Part shown: piece after piece, positions 49,241 to 63,097 of the stretch
Layout of the letters: the number at the start of each line of letters is the position of its first letter
Position numbering within the stretch: position 1 is the first letter of the stretch
Origin: Squalus acanthias
Lineage: Eukaryota
NCBI GenBank assembly: GCA_030390025.1
Contig: JASTWF010000071.1
Location: 930,001 to 994,000, forward strand
Length of the DNA: 64,000 nt
Direction: 5' to 3'
The notes under the pieces: generated by a model
Told to the model about the DNA's origin: nothing
Seen by the model: the letters and a program-made list of their open reading frames with translations, nothing else
Database searches by the model: none
Translations under genes and position numbers: made by a program

Positions 49241-52200
49241 AAAATCAAGCTGGTCAGCAAGTGGGTACCTAGAGTCCCACAGTATTCACCAGTAAGCATT
49301 ATCTTGGTTTCAAACAAGAAATGACATATGGACTTGAAACCCAGCTTTACTTAGACGATCTATTATGCATTACAGCATAAGGCTATATAAAAGCAGCAAG
49401 CAACCGGATATGAAATCTGCAATGAGTAAAATTATTCATACACCTAACCGAGTGCAGAACACCAGCTAAAAGGCAAAAATTACACCTGGCACACGTCTAG
49501 CTCAATGTCAATTATTGTACACTGATATTATATAAATTGGTCATGGTGTATGCTGCCCACACATGGAGCGGAAAATTGTGGAAAAGGTAGATTGCGCATG
49601 CAGCACAAGGAGCTAGTATAAATATGCTTGAAATAAAAACGGGGAATGCTCAGCAAGTCAATCAGCATCTGAACGAGAAAGACAAGTTAAGGTTCCGGGT
49701 GCCACACTTAATCAGAACTCTCCTGGGCATTTCGAGGAATGTGTTTGCTTCAGACTTCCAGCATTCACAGTTCTTCCTTCTGTCCCAGTTAATTTGTGCA
49801 ACGTTTTCATTTGGGTGTAGCAGCAGCTTCGTAAATAGCATGTCTCCAAAGCAAAGGCTATTTGTGCCCGCTGCTTCCGTGCAATCCATAAATGCATAGA
49901 CGCCAACTGTCGCCGTTTACGTGTCTTGCCCTGTACGTGTCGGGGTGCAAGGCAGCACCCAAGTACAAAAAAAACACACACACACGCTACTTAATCTGCA
50001 TTTCCCTCACCTAAAAGCAGCTTTAGTTGGGATGAAACCCGAACCCAGAATGCAGCCCAGCCAACAGGTCTCAACCTGCCGCAACCCTGGTTTCATTTTG
50101 TATTTGCGTCGTGTAAACAAGCATCAGACACCCATATGAATTAAATGGCGACACACCTGCGAATTATAAAGAGCGAGGCAGTTGTAAATAAAGTGGCGAC
50201 GCACCTGCTCGCTCCTCTTGGAAGCATGAACATTTATCACGGGTATAACTAAAATAAGTAGACAACTTGCAGCCCCCAATGGTGATCCTGTAGGATTTCA
50301 CCTTGTGTTTTGTTTCTATAATTGCAGGGACGTGCCCCAATGGAAATTGACACTTAACGTTTGATGAATTGTCAGATGGCATCTAAATCGCTGTTGTGAC
50401 TGTTGCTACCCAAAGGGGATTTTTTATTTTAACGATGCGGTTTTCACTTCTAAAAACAAGTCAAAGCGCTATCCCAATGGCCCATTGAGTAAAAGCACCC
50501 AAGTTTGATATCTCTGTTGTTGACCTCAGCCAGAGCAACAATTGGGGCACCGCAATTAGCATCAGTGCCAGTCGGCGAAGACAAGAGAAACAAAAGTATT
50601 GTGCAATGAACCTAAGTGCACGTGGATGTCAAGCAAGGCCAGGTTAGGCTCGGCTGTGATGCCTCCAGCAGTTAAATAACCTGCTGTCAATGGCTGGGTA
50701 GGCTTGTACATGAAAAAAATGGCTGTAGCGAGGCTGCAACTCCTTATGGAACAATACTCCAGCATGAGTCAGCAGGGGGAGAAAAAATAAAGAACAAAGA
50801 GCGTGTTACGCCAGTCCCAAAATAAAAAAATAACTGCTGGAACCTCCATTTATCTGCACTCCAATTGTCCACCATTCTGTATTTACTTTTACAGGGTTTT
50901 TTTGCATATTGTAGCCTCATATTCACTATTTGTGCCGTACTGACTTCATTCCCACCACTAGAGTATCGCTGTACCATATATGCAAGCTGAAAATTTGGGA
51001 ACTCTCCGGTTTCCAGCAATTCCCGTTATTCACCAAAAGGTCTCTTCCATTATGGCTGATAATTGAGGTTCCACTTTAAAACTGACAAGCTTTGTTTCCT
51101 TGCAAATAATTCACTTTGTATCATTCTATAAATCTCTCTGATGTCAGTGTTTATATGCAACAGATCACTAACCAGGCAGACCGGGAAATGCACCCTCTGC
51201 TTAGACTACCGCAAGGTTAAGAATGCATTTCCAAGCAGTCCAAAATATTATTATTTTTTTTTTTTTTTAATATCGGCTTCAAACCCATTTCATTATTACA
51301 CCCACTTTAATTTCATATCGTTAGTCTGACTACCACTTTCACATAACCCAAGAATAAATGGGGCTCTCCCACAGACGCAGGAGAGCTTCAGTCACCATCA
51401 GAGACAGAAAGGTCCCAGATTTGGTTCCTCGTTTGTGCCGAGGGGTCTGACTCAGCCTGGATGGTGAAAGACTCGCTGCAAGTTGGCCGCAGCACCACGG
51501 ACATGGGGAAGGGGGGAAATGGCCCTCTTTCCTACTCCAGACCACTGTTCAGGAATCCCTGGTGGAAGTGGCTTGTATGGATACTGGCTGAGGGCAGCAC
51601 CAGGTTCAGTACTGATGCCCTCTGCTGACACTCCACTGAAGTTGTGCACAATGACCAATTACACAAGGTATCAGAGGGCGACAGTCACTTGTGCACGGTA
51701 AGGAGAGGAAGAGAAAATGAGAGAAATATACTTTTGCGGGGAACATGAAAATATTGCTAGCTGGGTATAAAGCACACTTTTTTTTTAAAGATCTGTGTAC
51801 AAGTGCACAATTCTGTATTCTTACTTTCAAGTAATATACCAACACGAGAACTGAGCATACCACTGGGATGAATTGAGGGCAGAAAATTGACAAGAAAAAG
51901 AAAAATGGCAATCAAAAGCAGGCGTGTTGAAACTTCAATTTTTACCTTGCGGACAGGAAGGCTAAAATTTTCATACAATTTGTGTGAATATTCTCGGACG
52001 TTTCCTTTACCATGGTTTATATTGCGCAGAACCAAGAATAAGGCAATGGTCAAGTCAACCAAAGGAGGAATACAATAAAACTTTCATTTATATAGTGCTT
52101 TTAACACAGTAAAAGGTCCCGAGAGAGAGACCGAGGTTTAGGGAAGGAATTGCAGAGCTTAGGGCCTAGGCAACTGCTAATGGTGGAGTGATTAAAATTG

Positions 52201-52254
52201 GGCTGTACAAGAGGCCAGAATTGGAGGAGTGCAGAGGTTTCAAAGGGTTGTAGG

Positions 52255-52373
52255 CAATGTTCCCTTTATGCTGCGCAGCCAGTGAGACAGCTTTTAAATA
52301 GGAAAAGCCAAACATGCACGGTATTCTGAAGGGGCCACACACACCCCAAAAAAAAAAGTTCAAGGGAACATTG
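52255..52373. mobile_element. hAT-type MITE, same family as 48842, inserted in an L2 tail (~52070-52254)
   Basis: CAATGTTCCCTTTA...AAGGGAACATTG with TSD GTTGTAGG / GTTGCAGG. Confidence 0.85.
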
Positions 52374-52859
52374 GTTGCAGGGCAGAAAAGGCACATAATA
52401 GAAGAAAGTGAAACAGGGAGGTATTAGAGGGCATCTAACCAGATGTTTGTCAGATTGAAGTCCTGAGGCCAGCTGCGCTCAGGATCTAAACTTCAGAGTT
52501 GGTCGATGCTTCGTCACTTGAACGCGAGGTCACTCCCTGGAGCATCACCCCCAGAAAAAGATTCAACTTTCAACTGAGGAAAAATGAACACAACTCTTTA
52601 CAAACTCACTAATGAGCACCTCAGGTGGAGGTGGTCAGGTCTGAAACCTGCATTTTCCCCAATAAAACAGATGAAATGGAGAGATTTTTTTCTCTTCATT
52701 GTAGGGCAGGGACGGGGAAAGAGAGAGACCAAGGAGAGAGAATAAGTAGCAACATTCCTTCCCCCCCCCCCGCCGCCCCCCGAGAAAAGTTCCGATATTC
52801 TTTGTCTCAGTTTAAAGTTGATTAGACCAGTAAAAGACAATTTATTTTAAAAAACATAC

Positions 52860-52950
52860 CATCAATCAGAGCTTGCGTTTCTTCATCATACGCTGGCATT
52901 TTCTCTTCCCCTGCATCTTGCTTTTCTGCAGAATGAGAGGTACGTTGGTC
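52860..52950 (-). CDS. PRKCSH: PRKCSH coding exon
   Basis: AG|DQRTSHSAEKQDAGEEKMPAYDEETQALID(V)|GTATGT, 91 nt. Resembles the KMPPYDEQTQAFID region of PRKCSH. Confidence 0.94.
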
Positions 52951-54252
52951 CTACAAAGAAAAGGCTCATTACTTGTCCGGGAGACCAAGTGACACAAAGT
53001 GTTAGATGTGAACAAAAATGTAAGAACTAGATTGTCTTTAGAGACCAGAGTTTGATTGGCAATACACCAGAGGCTGACTGGTACCCAAAAAGAATGAGTG
53101 TTATGACACATGATAATGGAAAAGTCCAGTATACGGTGCATTTAAACAGCAAGTAAATTAAAATTTTAAAAATACGCAATAAATTTTCAAAAACACTTGG
53201 GCGATAAGTCAACAAAATCAGATGTTTATATATTTAACATGTCGCCTGAATAAACTAAACTTGGGCTCAATATCTTGTAGCGTATTAGCCCAGTAAGTAC
53301 ATACTTTTATTAAAAAACAAATTAGGTAACTATGAAGACCTCGGAAACAGCACTTCCTGCAGGAACACCAAGGCCACACTGCAGCTCTCCATTAGCACAC
53401 CAGCTGACATCTGCTAACAAGAGAGTGGGAATCAAACTTGGGACCTTAAGAATCTGTGTGGCTCAATTATTCACTGGATCAACTCACTGGGAGCAGAAGT
53501 TGGCAATGTTGCCATTAAAAATTAAATACTGCAAAATGCAAACCTGCCACTATTGTCAGCACCTCGCATACATACCCAGATTAACTAGTGATGACAGCTA
53601 GAATTCTGATTTCAAAAGCAGCACGAGATCACAATTATTCTATTGAAATAAAATTTGAGTTTTTCTTTTTCCTCGAGTGAGATGCACAGAAATCAAATAC
53701 TTTCCCCTCGGGTTCACCAAATTTCACGGCAAAAAGTGTTTAGACTGAACAGATAAATCGCAAATTAAAAATTCAACAGAATAAAACCAGTGGGCTAAAA
53801 CCACGGAACACACTCACTACCAATTGTGCCATCAGAGTGCCACTGCCTCCGCCGTTCCTTTGATGGTCGAGTGTATAAAGCGAATGGTTTACCGCTGCGC
53901 CATACAGAGCAGAAAGCTCGAGGTTTCATTCCCCAATCTGTGCCGAATTAGTGGACTCCGCTGGCGCAGCAGTTCAGCTGCTGCATTTGCACAGGCGGGC
54001 TCGGGAGGGAGGGAACAGAGTGGAAATCCTAGCTCCCGCTGCTGTTCGGTAACGCCTGCTGGAAAAGTGCACTTGTGGCCATCTGCCGAGAACAGAATCG
54101 AGCTGCACTGTGAATAGACTGCCGACAACGCAGGGGCAGCCGCTGTACGGTGGAGGCCCTCGGGAGGGCTTTCTACACGCTGCGGAACGGAGTCAGCAGC
54201 TTCAGTAAAGGTGGCAAGAAAATTTGGTGGCGTGCGGAGGGAGGAGTCTGGA

Positions 54253-54655
54253 CACATAAGAACATAAGAAATAGGAGCAGGAGTTGGCCAATCGGCCCTT
54301 CTAGCCTGCTCCGCCATTCAATAAGATCATGGCTGATCTGATCCTCACCTCAAATCTAAAGAACACAAAAAATTCCCATCCTTGGGAACATCCTTACCGC
54401 ATCCACCCGATCAAGCCCCCTCACAATCTTATATGTTTCAATAAGATCGCCTCTCACTCTTCTGAACTCCAATGAGTAGAGTCCCAATCTACTCAACCTC
54501 TCCTCATATGTCCACCCCCTCATCCCGGGGATTAACAGAGTGAACCTTCTTTGTACTGCCTCGAGAGCAAGTATGTCTTTTCTTAAGTATGGACACCAAA
54601 ACTGTATGCAGTATTCCAGATGCGGTCTCACCAATACCTTATATAACTGCAGCAA
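54253..54655 (-). mobile_element. CR1 LINE 3' fragment with internal deletion
   Basis: ORF 54356-54730 has LQLYKVLVRPHLEYCIQFWCPYLRKDILALEAVQRRFT; tail ACATAAGAACATAAGAAATAGGAGCAGGAG. Confidence 0.9.
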
Positions 54656-55589
54656 TAATATAACATGGCAAAGATTTACGGTTGAATTGAAATTGTGTGA
54701 CAGCTGCAAAGGGAACAACACGAAAAGCACTCAAAGCTGCCTCTAATTCAACAAACGTAACCATGGGGTTCAAAAAGAATCATAAGCAGGGTTGATGTGG
54801 GCAAAGAAATGCTACTAATACTTCTATTTTCATAGGGATCATGTTCCACTTTCAGTTGACAAAACTGAACACAATGGCTATGGTGAAAATTCCCATGCAT
54901 ATCCAGGTAGCTTATGCTAGTATTTTTTTCTTTTCAAAGGATCACCCTCAGGCACTCATTTGAATTATTATCTAAAACCAAATTACTGACTGGGAGTGAA
55001 TTCAAGAGAGATTTTTCAATTCATATTGAACTGTAACAATATCACAATGAATTGGCTGCTCAGGGGATTGAGATTTATAAGAGAGAACCCACTCCATCAC
55101 TCGTGCAGTTGTATTTGAGGGTAGCTAAGAAAATACTCGGAATTTCCAGCTTTCTCGGTCACCACCGTAGTCAGTCAGTGAGCTTTCCATGCTGTGGCAC
55201 TGCACAGGCATTGACTTTAAAGTAGAAACAACATAAACATCATTTTCATTTCGGAAACCTCCCACTACAAATCGACAGGCACACAAGATTCCTCACAGAA
55301 AAAAATTTAAGAATCATTCCAGGGAATGTGAAGTGACATGGGAACACTATTCTTTTTGAAGTGACCAAATGCCCCATTTTCTCTCCAGGCAGTCATGCAC
55401 CAAGACTTGGAGCAGGGGGTGGGATGGGCAGGCTAATGGTATGGGAGAACAGAACCCTGGTAGCCAGCCTACAACAATGCTGCGGAGTGCTTGGTGCTGA
55501 AGAAACACCATAGGATAAAAAAAAGTACCTTTGGGGAGGAGTAAGAGATGGAATCTGCATCCCACTAGGTTTGGCTCTCCAATATGCTG

Positions 55590-55592
<3 letters not shown>

Positions 55593-55639
<47 letters not shown>

Positions 55640-55648
55640 AAGAGAAAG
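55593..55648. repeat. (GA)n microsatellite
   Basis: Direct reading. Confidence 0.9.
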
Positions 55649-55724
55649 AATACTGCACAAGTGTAATGATGTTTTATATCAAGGAGGAGTTCGAGCTTAG
55701 GAACAGTCCACTACTGAGATCATG

Positions 55725-56880
55725 ACAGAGGGAACGGCTGGAGGTACTAAATGAACACTATGCATGTCTTCACTAAAGAGGATGCTGCCAATGTAACAGT
55801 AACAGAGGAGGCAGTAGCAATATTGGATAGGATAAAAATAGATAAAAAGGGGAAGTACTTAAAAGGTTGGCAGTACTCAAAGTAGAAAAGTCATCCTGTC
55901 CGGATAGGGTGCATCCTAGGTTACTGAGTGGGTGAGTAAGGGTGGAAACTGCGAGGCCCTGGCCCCAATCTTCCAATCCTCCTTAGATACAAGGATAGTG
56001 CCAGAGGACTGGAAGAATGCAAATGTTACACCACTGTTCAAAAAAAAAGATATATAAATTACAGGCCAATCAGCCCAACATCGGGGAAATTTTTAGAGAC
56101 AATAATCCGGGACAAAATTAATTGGCACTTGGGAAATTATGGGCTAATAACTGAAAGTCAGCACGGATTTGTTAAAGGCACATCGTGTTTGACTAGCTTG
56201 ATTGAGTTCTTTGATGAATAACGGAGAGAGAATATATATATATAAGACCATGGGATTAGAGACAGTGGCAACGTGGATACCAAATTGGTTTAAGGGACAG
56301 AAAGCAGATCATAGTGAACAGTTGTTCTTCAGACTGGAGGGAAGTACGCAGTGGTGATCCCCCAGGGGTCAGCATTAGGACCACTGCTCTTTTTGATATA
56401 TATTAATGACCTGGACTTAGGTACACAGTTTGCAGATGACACAAAGCTTGGAAATACAGTAAACAATAAGGAGGATTGTTTACAGACTTCAGGAGGACAT
56501 AGACAGACAGCTGAAATGGGCAAACACATGACAGATGAAATTTAACATAGGGAAGTGTGAAGTGCTACATTTTGGTAGCAAGAATGAGAAAAGGCATTCT
56601 AAACTAAATGATGCAATTTTAAAAGGGGTGCAGGAACAGAGAGACCTGGGCGTGCAAGTACTCAAATCTTTGCAGGTGGCAGGACAAGTCCCTGGCTTTA
56701 TTAAGAGAGTACAAAAGCAAGGAAGTTATGCTAAACCTTTATAAAACACTGGTTCGGCCTCAGCTGGGGTATTGCGTCCAATTCTGGGCACCGCACTTTA
56801 GGAATGACGTCAATGCCTTAGAGAGGATGCAGAAGAGATTTACTAGAATGATACCAGGGCTGAGCGACTTCAGTTATGTG
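55725..56880 (+). mobile_element. Decayed CR1 LINE RT region
   Basis: Fragments [64 protein letters not shown] and LYKTLVRPQLGYCVQFWAP, with many frameshifts and deletions. Confidence 0.9.
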
Positions 56881-57292
56881 CTGTATCTTTCTATGATTCT
56901 ATCAGTTGCCATTTAGCTGGCAAAATAGTGAAGGATAAAGTACAATTCTCTTTTTGTGGATCAGCTGCGCAGCACCAGAGAGGTGGGGGTTTTTTTTTTC
57001 CCTCTACTGTCGACAAGCCAGAATGCTTAGGGGCAGTCATAGCAAGGCAGCTGCCATGGTTACAGTTAGTGCTTGCTGATTGAAAGACTGAGTACACAGC
57101 TCTTAACTGCTGGTGGTATGTGGCAAACTAGCTCTCGCTTGACCATTATCTCACACATAAAGAGCATCTCTCTTCTGCTGTTTTGAGCCTCATACACTGT
57201 GTAATATTCCCAAGTGAATTTAATGTGCCCAATTTTTATGCATTTAAATCCTGTTGTGCAAGCAAACAACTACCTCGCTTTTCTTTAATTAC

Positions 57293-57493
57293 CTTAGAAT
57301 CTTCTTCGCCTCCATCATCCTCATCCTCCTCCTCCTCTTCATCATCAACACTGTCATCATCTTGCTCCTCGCCACCACCACCATCGTCGCCGTCGTGGTC
57401 ATCCTTCCGCCATTCATCACGGTGCAATTTCGCATTGCTGTCTGCCCCCTCTTCCACAGGAATATCTGGGGGAGTTGGGCTTTCAGTGACTGC
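57293..57493 (-). CDS. PRKCSH: PRKCSH coding exon (Pro/acidic tract)
   Basis: AG|AVTESPTPPDIPVEEGADSNAKLHRDEWRKDDHDGDDGGGGEEQDDDSVDDEEEEEDEDDGGEEDSK|GTAATT, 201 nt, phase 0-0. Confidence 0.9.
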
Positions 57494-58072
57494 CTGTCAG
57501 AGCAAAGGAAAAGCTGGTCTGAACAGAAAGCCTGTGGCTCAGCAAGGTGCAAACAATGCAGATGTACTAAACTAAAAAATATTTTAATGCCTTGAGCGCC
57601 AACTCCCCCGATGGCCTAGTAGGTAAAGGCACCTGCCAGTGTCGGATTAAGCCACAGGAGGCAGAAAGGCCAGAGTGCAACTCTCTGGGTGTGCGGAGTT
57701 ACCTGATCAAAGTAGAGCCAACAGTCAGGGCACTATAATTGGTCCGAACACCCAACATTCCCTCTAAGCTGCGCAGCAACTACATTAGGAAAGTAAAAAA
57801 TGTAACAGAATTCCCACTCCCAATTGCTATCCAGTGACTCCAACATGGGTCAGTGTCAAATGGCTCTCCATGTCCAAACAGCCTCCCAACCCTGACCATC
57901 TAGGCTCGTACTTGTCAAACACCCATTTGAGTGAGGGTAATCAGCATCCAGAGAACCATACCTCAACAAGAAAGCATAAAGCGTGCATGACATACGTAGC
58001 AAATTTAATACATTAGATAGCTATATGTGGCGTATCTTTGATCCAATTTGTATTCAAATGAAATTCACCAAC

Positions 58073-58159
58073 CTCAGACTTGTACTTGTCCTTGATACCT
58101 GGCCAGACAGCTTCCAGGAAGCTGGTAACATCAACCTGATTGGTACCTCCCAGTAGAGC
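58073..58159 (-). CDS. PRKCSH: PRKCSH coding exon
   Basis: AG|ALLGGTNQVDVTSFLEAVWPGIKDKYKSE|GTTGGT, 87 nt. Confidence 0.93.
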
Positions 58160-59164
58160 CTGTAGGAAAACTCATTTTTTTTCAGTTGATATATAGTTAG
58201 ATATTTAATTGCCATACAGAAGAATCGTTCATCTCTGTCAACACCCTCTTTGATCACACTATTTTTCCAGGAGTCAAGCTCTGCCATATTAAAAGTTACA
58301 ATTTAGAAACCTTTGATTCCTCCCAATCTTTGGAGACTTCTGCAAAAAATGAAAGGCACCCTGCGGTTCTCTATATTTCTCGAATTCCATCTTCCAGTAC
58401 AGCATTAAAAATTTACAAAGTCATTTTTGCAAATATAATGTAATCGGAAACCTGGCGTGTTTTGAAAGCTGTGGGGAAATAGGAAATTCAGTACCCAAAG
58501 AGATCAGTCTGCCCGCAACCTGCAAATCCACTCACCAGCCAATACTGCAGTCGGTCTCTCTGCAGCAGAGTCTACACGGCTGCTGTAGACTGGCCTGGGA
58601 GGCATACACTCAGGAGGACATTTTGCTTTGTTTGGGGGGGGGGGGGGGGGGGGGGGGAGGGAGTTGGGAGAGAGCAAGCAAGAGTGCATGCATGAGAAAG
58701 AATGCAAAAGAAAGCGAGGGGGCAGAAAAAAAAAATGGGCAGTAGTGGAAGAATTTTGGAGCAGAGAGGGGGCAAAAAGCCGTCTGATGTGGATCAGCTC
58801 AGTAGATCTAGTGACGATGGGCTTTAGTCCTATTTGGAAGGTCCAGCTTCAAACAGCTGCCTCAAATGTAAGTAAATAAGGCTTATTTTTTCTCCAAGTC
58901 ACTAGAGCCAATCCTACACTGCTGGTTAACAATTCTCTCAGCAGTGAGTGAAGAAAGAAAAGAGAAGCAAAGGAAGGAAAGATTCAGAAGACCTGCAAGT
59001 GATGTTAGCCAATAGAGGGTACCGCTAAGCATAGCAATGAAGACACACATAGTCCAGATCTGCCACCTTCACCCTCTCCCTATGCCTGAACTGAAGAACA
59101 ATAGTGTGGGAAAAAAAAACAGGTGATTAAGCTATAGTAAAACTACAAACACAATTTGTCATAC

Positions 59165-59243
59165 CTCGGCTTCTTGCTCAGATAACACAGCATCTCCATC
59201 GCTGTCTAACTCCACATGAGTCTGAATTTCATTCAATGAAACA
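59165..59243 (-). CDS. PRKCSH: PRKCSH coding exon (EF-hand region)
   Basis: AG|(L)VSLNEIQTHVELDSDGDAVLSEQEAE|GTATGA, 79 nt. Confidence 0.95.
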
Positions 59244-59284
59244 CTGAAATGGAAAAACAAAATTCCATTCACTTTTTTCCTTTC

Positions 59285-59743
59285 CTTTATAAAAAAGACT
59301 TGCATTTCTAGAGCGCCTTTCACAACCACTGGACGTCTCAAAGCGCTTTACAGTCAATGAAGTACTTTTGAAGTGGAGTCACTGCTGTAATGTGGGAACG
59401 CAGCAGCCAATTTGAGCACAGCAAGCTCCCACAAACAACGATGTGATAATGTTTTAGTGATGTTGATTGAGGGATAAATATTGGCCAGGACACAGAGGAT
59501 AACTCCCTTGCTCTTCTTCGAAATAGTGCCGTGGGATCTTTTACGTCCACCTGAGAGAGCAGACGGGGCCTCGGTTTAACATCTCATCCGAAAGACGGCA
59601 CCTCCGACAGTGCAGCACTCCCTCAGCACTGCACTGGAGTGTCAGCCTAGCTTTACGTGCTCAAGTCCCTGGAGTGGGATTTGAACCCACAACCTTCTGA
59701 CTCAGGAGGCGAGTGTGCTACCCACTGAGCCACGGCTGACACT
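59285..59743 (-). mobile_element. Full-length, low-divergence Deu-domain SINE
   Basis: Reverse complement has the complete head (GTGTCAGCCGTGGCTCAGTGGGTAGCAC...GGGTTCAAATCCCAC), Deu core and tail (GAAAGGCGCTCTAGAAATGCAAGTCTTT). Confidence 0.9.
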
Positions 59744-60591
59744 TAGAGGGAAGCTCATCTTGAAATCAATGCTAGAAGAACTATTGGTGCCGTATGCTAG
59801 AGGACCGCAGCACATCATTCCTAAACCAAACATGAGCTGGGTTGGAATAAAGGCAGAAAAAAATAATACAAATTGCACTCTGAATTTAATTTGATCCAGT
59901 AAGATTGTGGTCTCTAATCTTGGATACTAACCTCACCATGAATCTAATATGGGAAGAATACTGCAAATAGGAGAAAAGGCTTTGCGGTTCTTTTCTCTTC
60001 TTGAATTCTACTAATCCTTTTTTTGATTCCAGCCTCTTGCCCAAAGGTAATCACTTTAGTAGGTGGGCCAGCAGACTGTAGACTTTTCCAAAGGATACAA
60101 TCAATTTTACTTTCTGATCAAGGGAAAACATCAACCTATAATATGGTGAGACATGCCATTTCAATTTGCTCCTCTTCAATGCAGTACACTTGACTATCAT
60201 AGGCACAGTGGTGTAACACAACCAAGGGAGTTGAACCACTTGCAATTTATTCAGTGTAGGGGAGGGAAAAAAAAAAATCTATATTACCAGACCATGTTTT
60301 TAAAAGCATGCTCAAAATGCCGAGGGATTCCAAGTCAAAGTGCCGCTGGTGTAGACGCAGACATCTTCGATTTGGTCAGCTTGCTCAAAAAGATTATGCA
60401 GAAGATTTGCGAACGCCAAGCAGGAATAAACACAGCTGCCATTTTGGACAATGTGCCACTCGAGGTAGAAGCATGATCAGTAATCAGTGCCACTAACTCA
60501 ATGAGGACGCAGGGGTGACTGCTGTAGTTAAGCAGACTTTGGTTTTAAAAGCTGCAAAAAGGGCAATCAGAACACAAGCTGATAAACTCAC

Positions 60592-60676
60592 AGGCCGTCT
60601 TCATTGTCATCCAGTTCCTTGAAGGTTTCAGCAGCCTTCGCTTTCTCCTTCTCTAACTTGTGTGCAGCTTGGACCT
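60592..60676 (-). CDS. PRKCSH: PRKCSH coding exon (first EF-hand); most 5' exon recognised in window
   Basis: AG|(E)VQAAHKLEKEKAKAAETFKELDDNEDG(L)|GTGAGT, 85 nt. Joins the next exon to give the loop DDNEDGLVSLNE. Confidence 0.94.
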
Positions 60677-62958
60677 CTGTTAAAAGAAAAGGCATATTAA
60701 GAGCCACCTAAAGCAACTTTGGGAATATGTGGCCAAGCCCTACAAATAAAAGCAAGCCTACCACATACATTATAAGTCAAGACCACCCTGCTTTTTTTTT
60801 TAAATTACAAGCTTCTCTATTGTTTTTTCTGTCGCATCTTCTTAATTGCTTGTTACTGAGGAAGTCAAAATATTGTGACACAGTATGGAGTACAATAAAT
60901 CTGGGTAAGCCATAACCCAAAATAATAGCCTTTTGTCACCATCAAAAGGCATTAATACTCTTTAGCGAACATCCCCACGTCAAGGACGTGTAGCACGGCG
61001 ACAGCTGCGGCTAACACAAATAAAAAGCTACAAAACTGAATCGGAAAATACTACAAAGAAAACCACACAGATCGGAGGGAATTCAAGGCCATATTACAAT
61101 CTCGGTTTAGATGCCGGTTTTAAAACCCACTCAACCTTCACTCCTGCAGCTTAGGATGTCATCTGACCCCCCACCCCCCCCCCCCCCCACCACAAACTCC
61201 ATGACATTACAACCACGGACTCTTTGGCCAGGTATTCATTATGCGCTCTCTCTGTACAAACACACTATAACCACAGTACTGAATCATATTCTCCCTGCAC
61301 AGTGGAGTGACGGCTCACACAAGTTTAAAAATAATTTGCTCGCATGAATTATTTATTAGCTGGCGAGCCGCTCTTGGTTTTCTGGAGCACCAAGTGGCAC
61401 GCGAGGATTTGAGGTATCTTTTATTTGAGGAGTGAAAAGAACCGCTCGCCAGTGACAGGGATTTCCAGGCACACACTCACTAATGCAAATGGAATCAGTT
61501 GCTCAGTTTTGTAAAAAAAAGTCTTTCACAACAAAGGCAAAACAGCAGTAACATGTCACTGCCAAGCTGCAGGAACACACTCTGCCAACCAAGCGAGATC
61601 CCTCCTCAGTCACCGTTAGAGGAGGGCCAGGGCTGCTTGTTCCGCAAGAGATGGCTAGCTGTTACAAGCGAGCAACACAACTGAGGGGAGATCAACAAGG
61701 AAACTTCAAATAAAGAGCGCAATAGAGACAGAGAAGAGGGAGAGAAAAAAAAAGAGACATAGCAAGAGACAGATTGATTTGTGCGTGACCCTGTTTAAGT
61801 TTAAGCCACAATGTTAACATGCCTTTATCTTTCAGATCCTCAAGACCTGCGCATTTTCAAGCATTTTCTGCGTTATACGAAAACAAAGGGCTCATGGGAG
61901 TGAAATTTCTGATTTGCGGCTGCAAACAGCAACACGTATGACATGAACTCGCACATTCCCATCACTTACTGAATGTGTGATCGAAATATAAAGTGTTTAG
62001 TGGCCTTCAAACAATTTTAATTTTGTTTTGTATTTCTTGCAAGATCACTGTTAAGATTGTAAATTAGTTCATTTCCGCCCCCCCCAACTTTTACAGTTCA
62101 CAATACATTTTTCTTGCACCAATCTCCAGCCAAGGGGACACACCAGGACTCCGCCAGTACCACTCTTACTACAAGAGTTGCAGTGGTCACCCTTAATCCT
62201 TCCCTTTGAGTAGGGAAAGCCTTCACCTTCAACCTTCCCACTCCATCAGCTTGGTGAAGATCAGGAACTCGCCAGGTGTGAAAACTGGAGCGATATCATA
62301 TACTTGTATCCTACCACTCCATGCAGTACAATATTTGCTGGTAAACCAACACACTTTGTTGATGTGTCTACAGTTTTGAAATCAAATGGGAAGAATATTG
62401 TTTTGTTGTTGGGTATTGATGTACTTTGAAAAACTATACCCAAACAGGTTTTATCTGCAAGACTGCAGAAGGCATTTACATCTAACGCACAGATAGCACA
62501 ACACAGCTAAATGCCAGCTCTAAAGATAAGCAGCAAGTCTGAAGATTATGTAACTGAAACAAACTAGTTTTCTATATATTCTGTGAAGATAGGGGTGACA
62601 TCATCTGCTAGCCAAGTTCACAAATGCACTGACTTATCACTGATAAAAAGAGGGGAAGGAAGATAATGTTTTGGACAGGAATATTTTGTCAGAGGGGCAA
62701 AAAGTGGAGTTTGGCACCACCATGTGGATAGACATAAAATGTATCTGGCGTTCTGATAAGTAAATTCAGCTGTCGGCTCCCCCAGTGGCTCAGTGAACTC
62801 ATCCAATGGGTAACATCAACGTACAAACCAGCAAAGTCCCAGATTCAATTCCCACAGCCTACGCAGACTTGTTTGATTGCACACGTGACAACAGCAGTCG
62901 AGTTGTGTCAATTGACCACTGGGTTTGAGAGACAGGGGAAAAAATGGCCACTCCTGAC

Positions 62959-63097
62959 CAATGTTCCCTTTAATTATTTTTGGATGCGTGGCCCCTTTAA
63001 GGGGCTGTGCGGCCCGTTCAAAATAGCAGGCATGTGCGTTTTTTTCCCTATTTAAAAGCCGGTGAACCGGCTGCACAGGAGCTGCACGGCCAAGCAG
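62959..63097. mobile_element. hAT-type MITE (family of 48842, opposite orientation, one TIR deleted) inside an old SINE-like repeat
   Basis: CAATGTTCCCTTTAA...CCTATTTAAAAGCCGGTGAACCGGCTG, flanked on both sides by CTCCTGAC (62951-62958, 63098-63105). Confidence 0.75.

Noticed and set aside
57183-57595. Plus-strand Ser-rich and hydrophobic ORFs
   Set aside because: Antisense readings of the PRKCSH acidic exon.
58170-58287. Upstream part of ORF 58054-58287 as a PRKCSH exon
   Set aside because: Wrong frame and no similarity; the true exon is 58073-58159 with canonical AG/GT.
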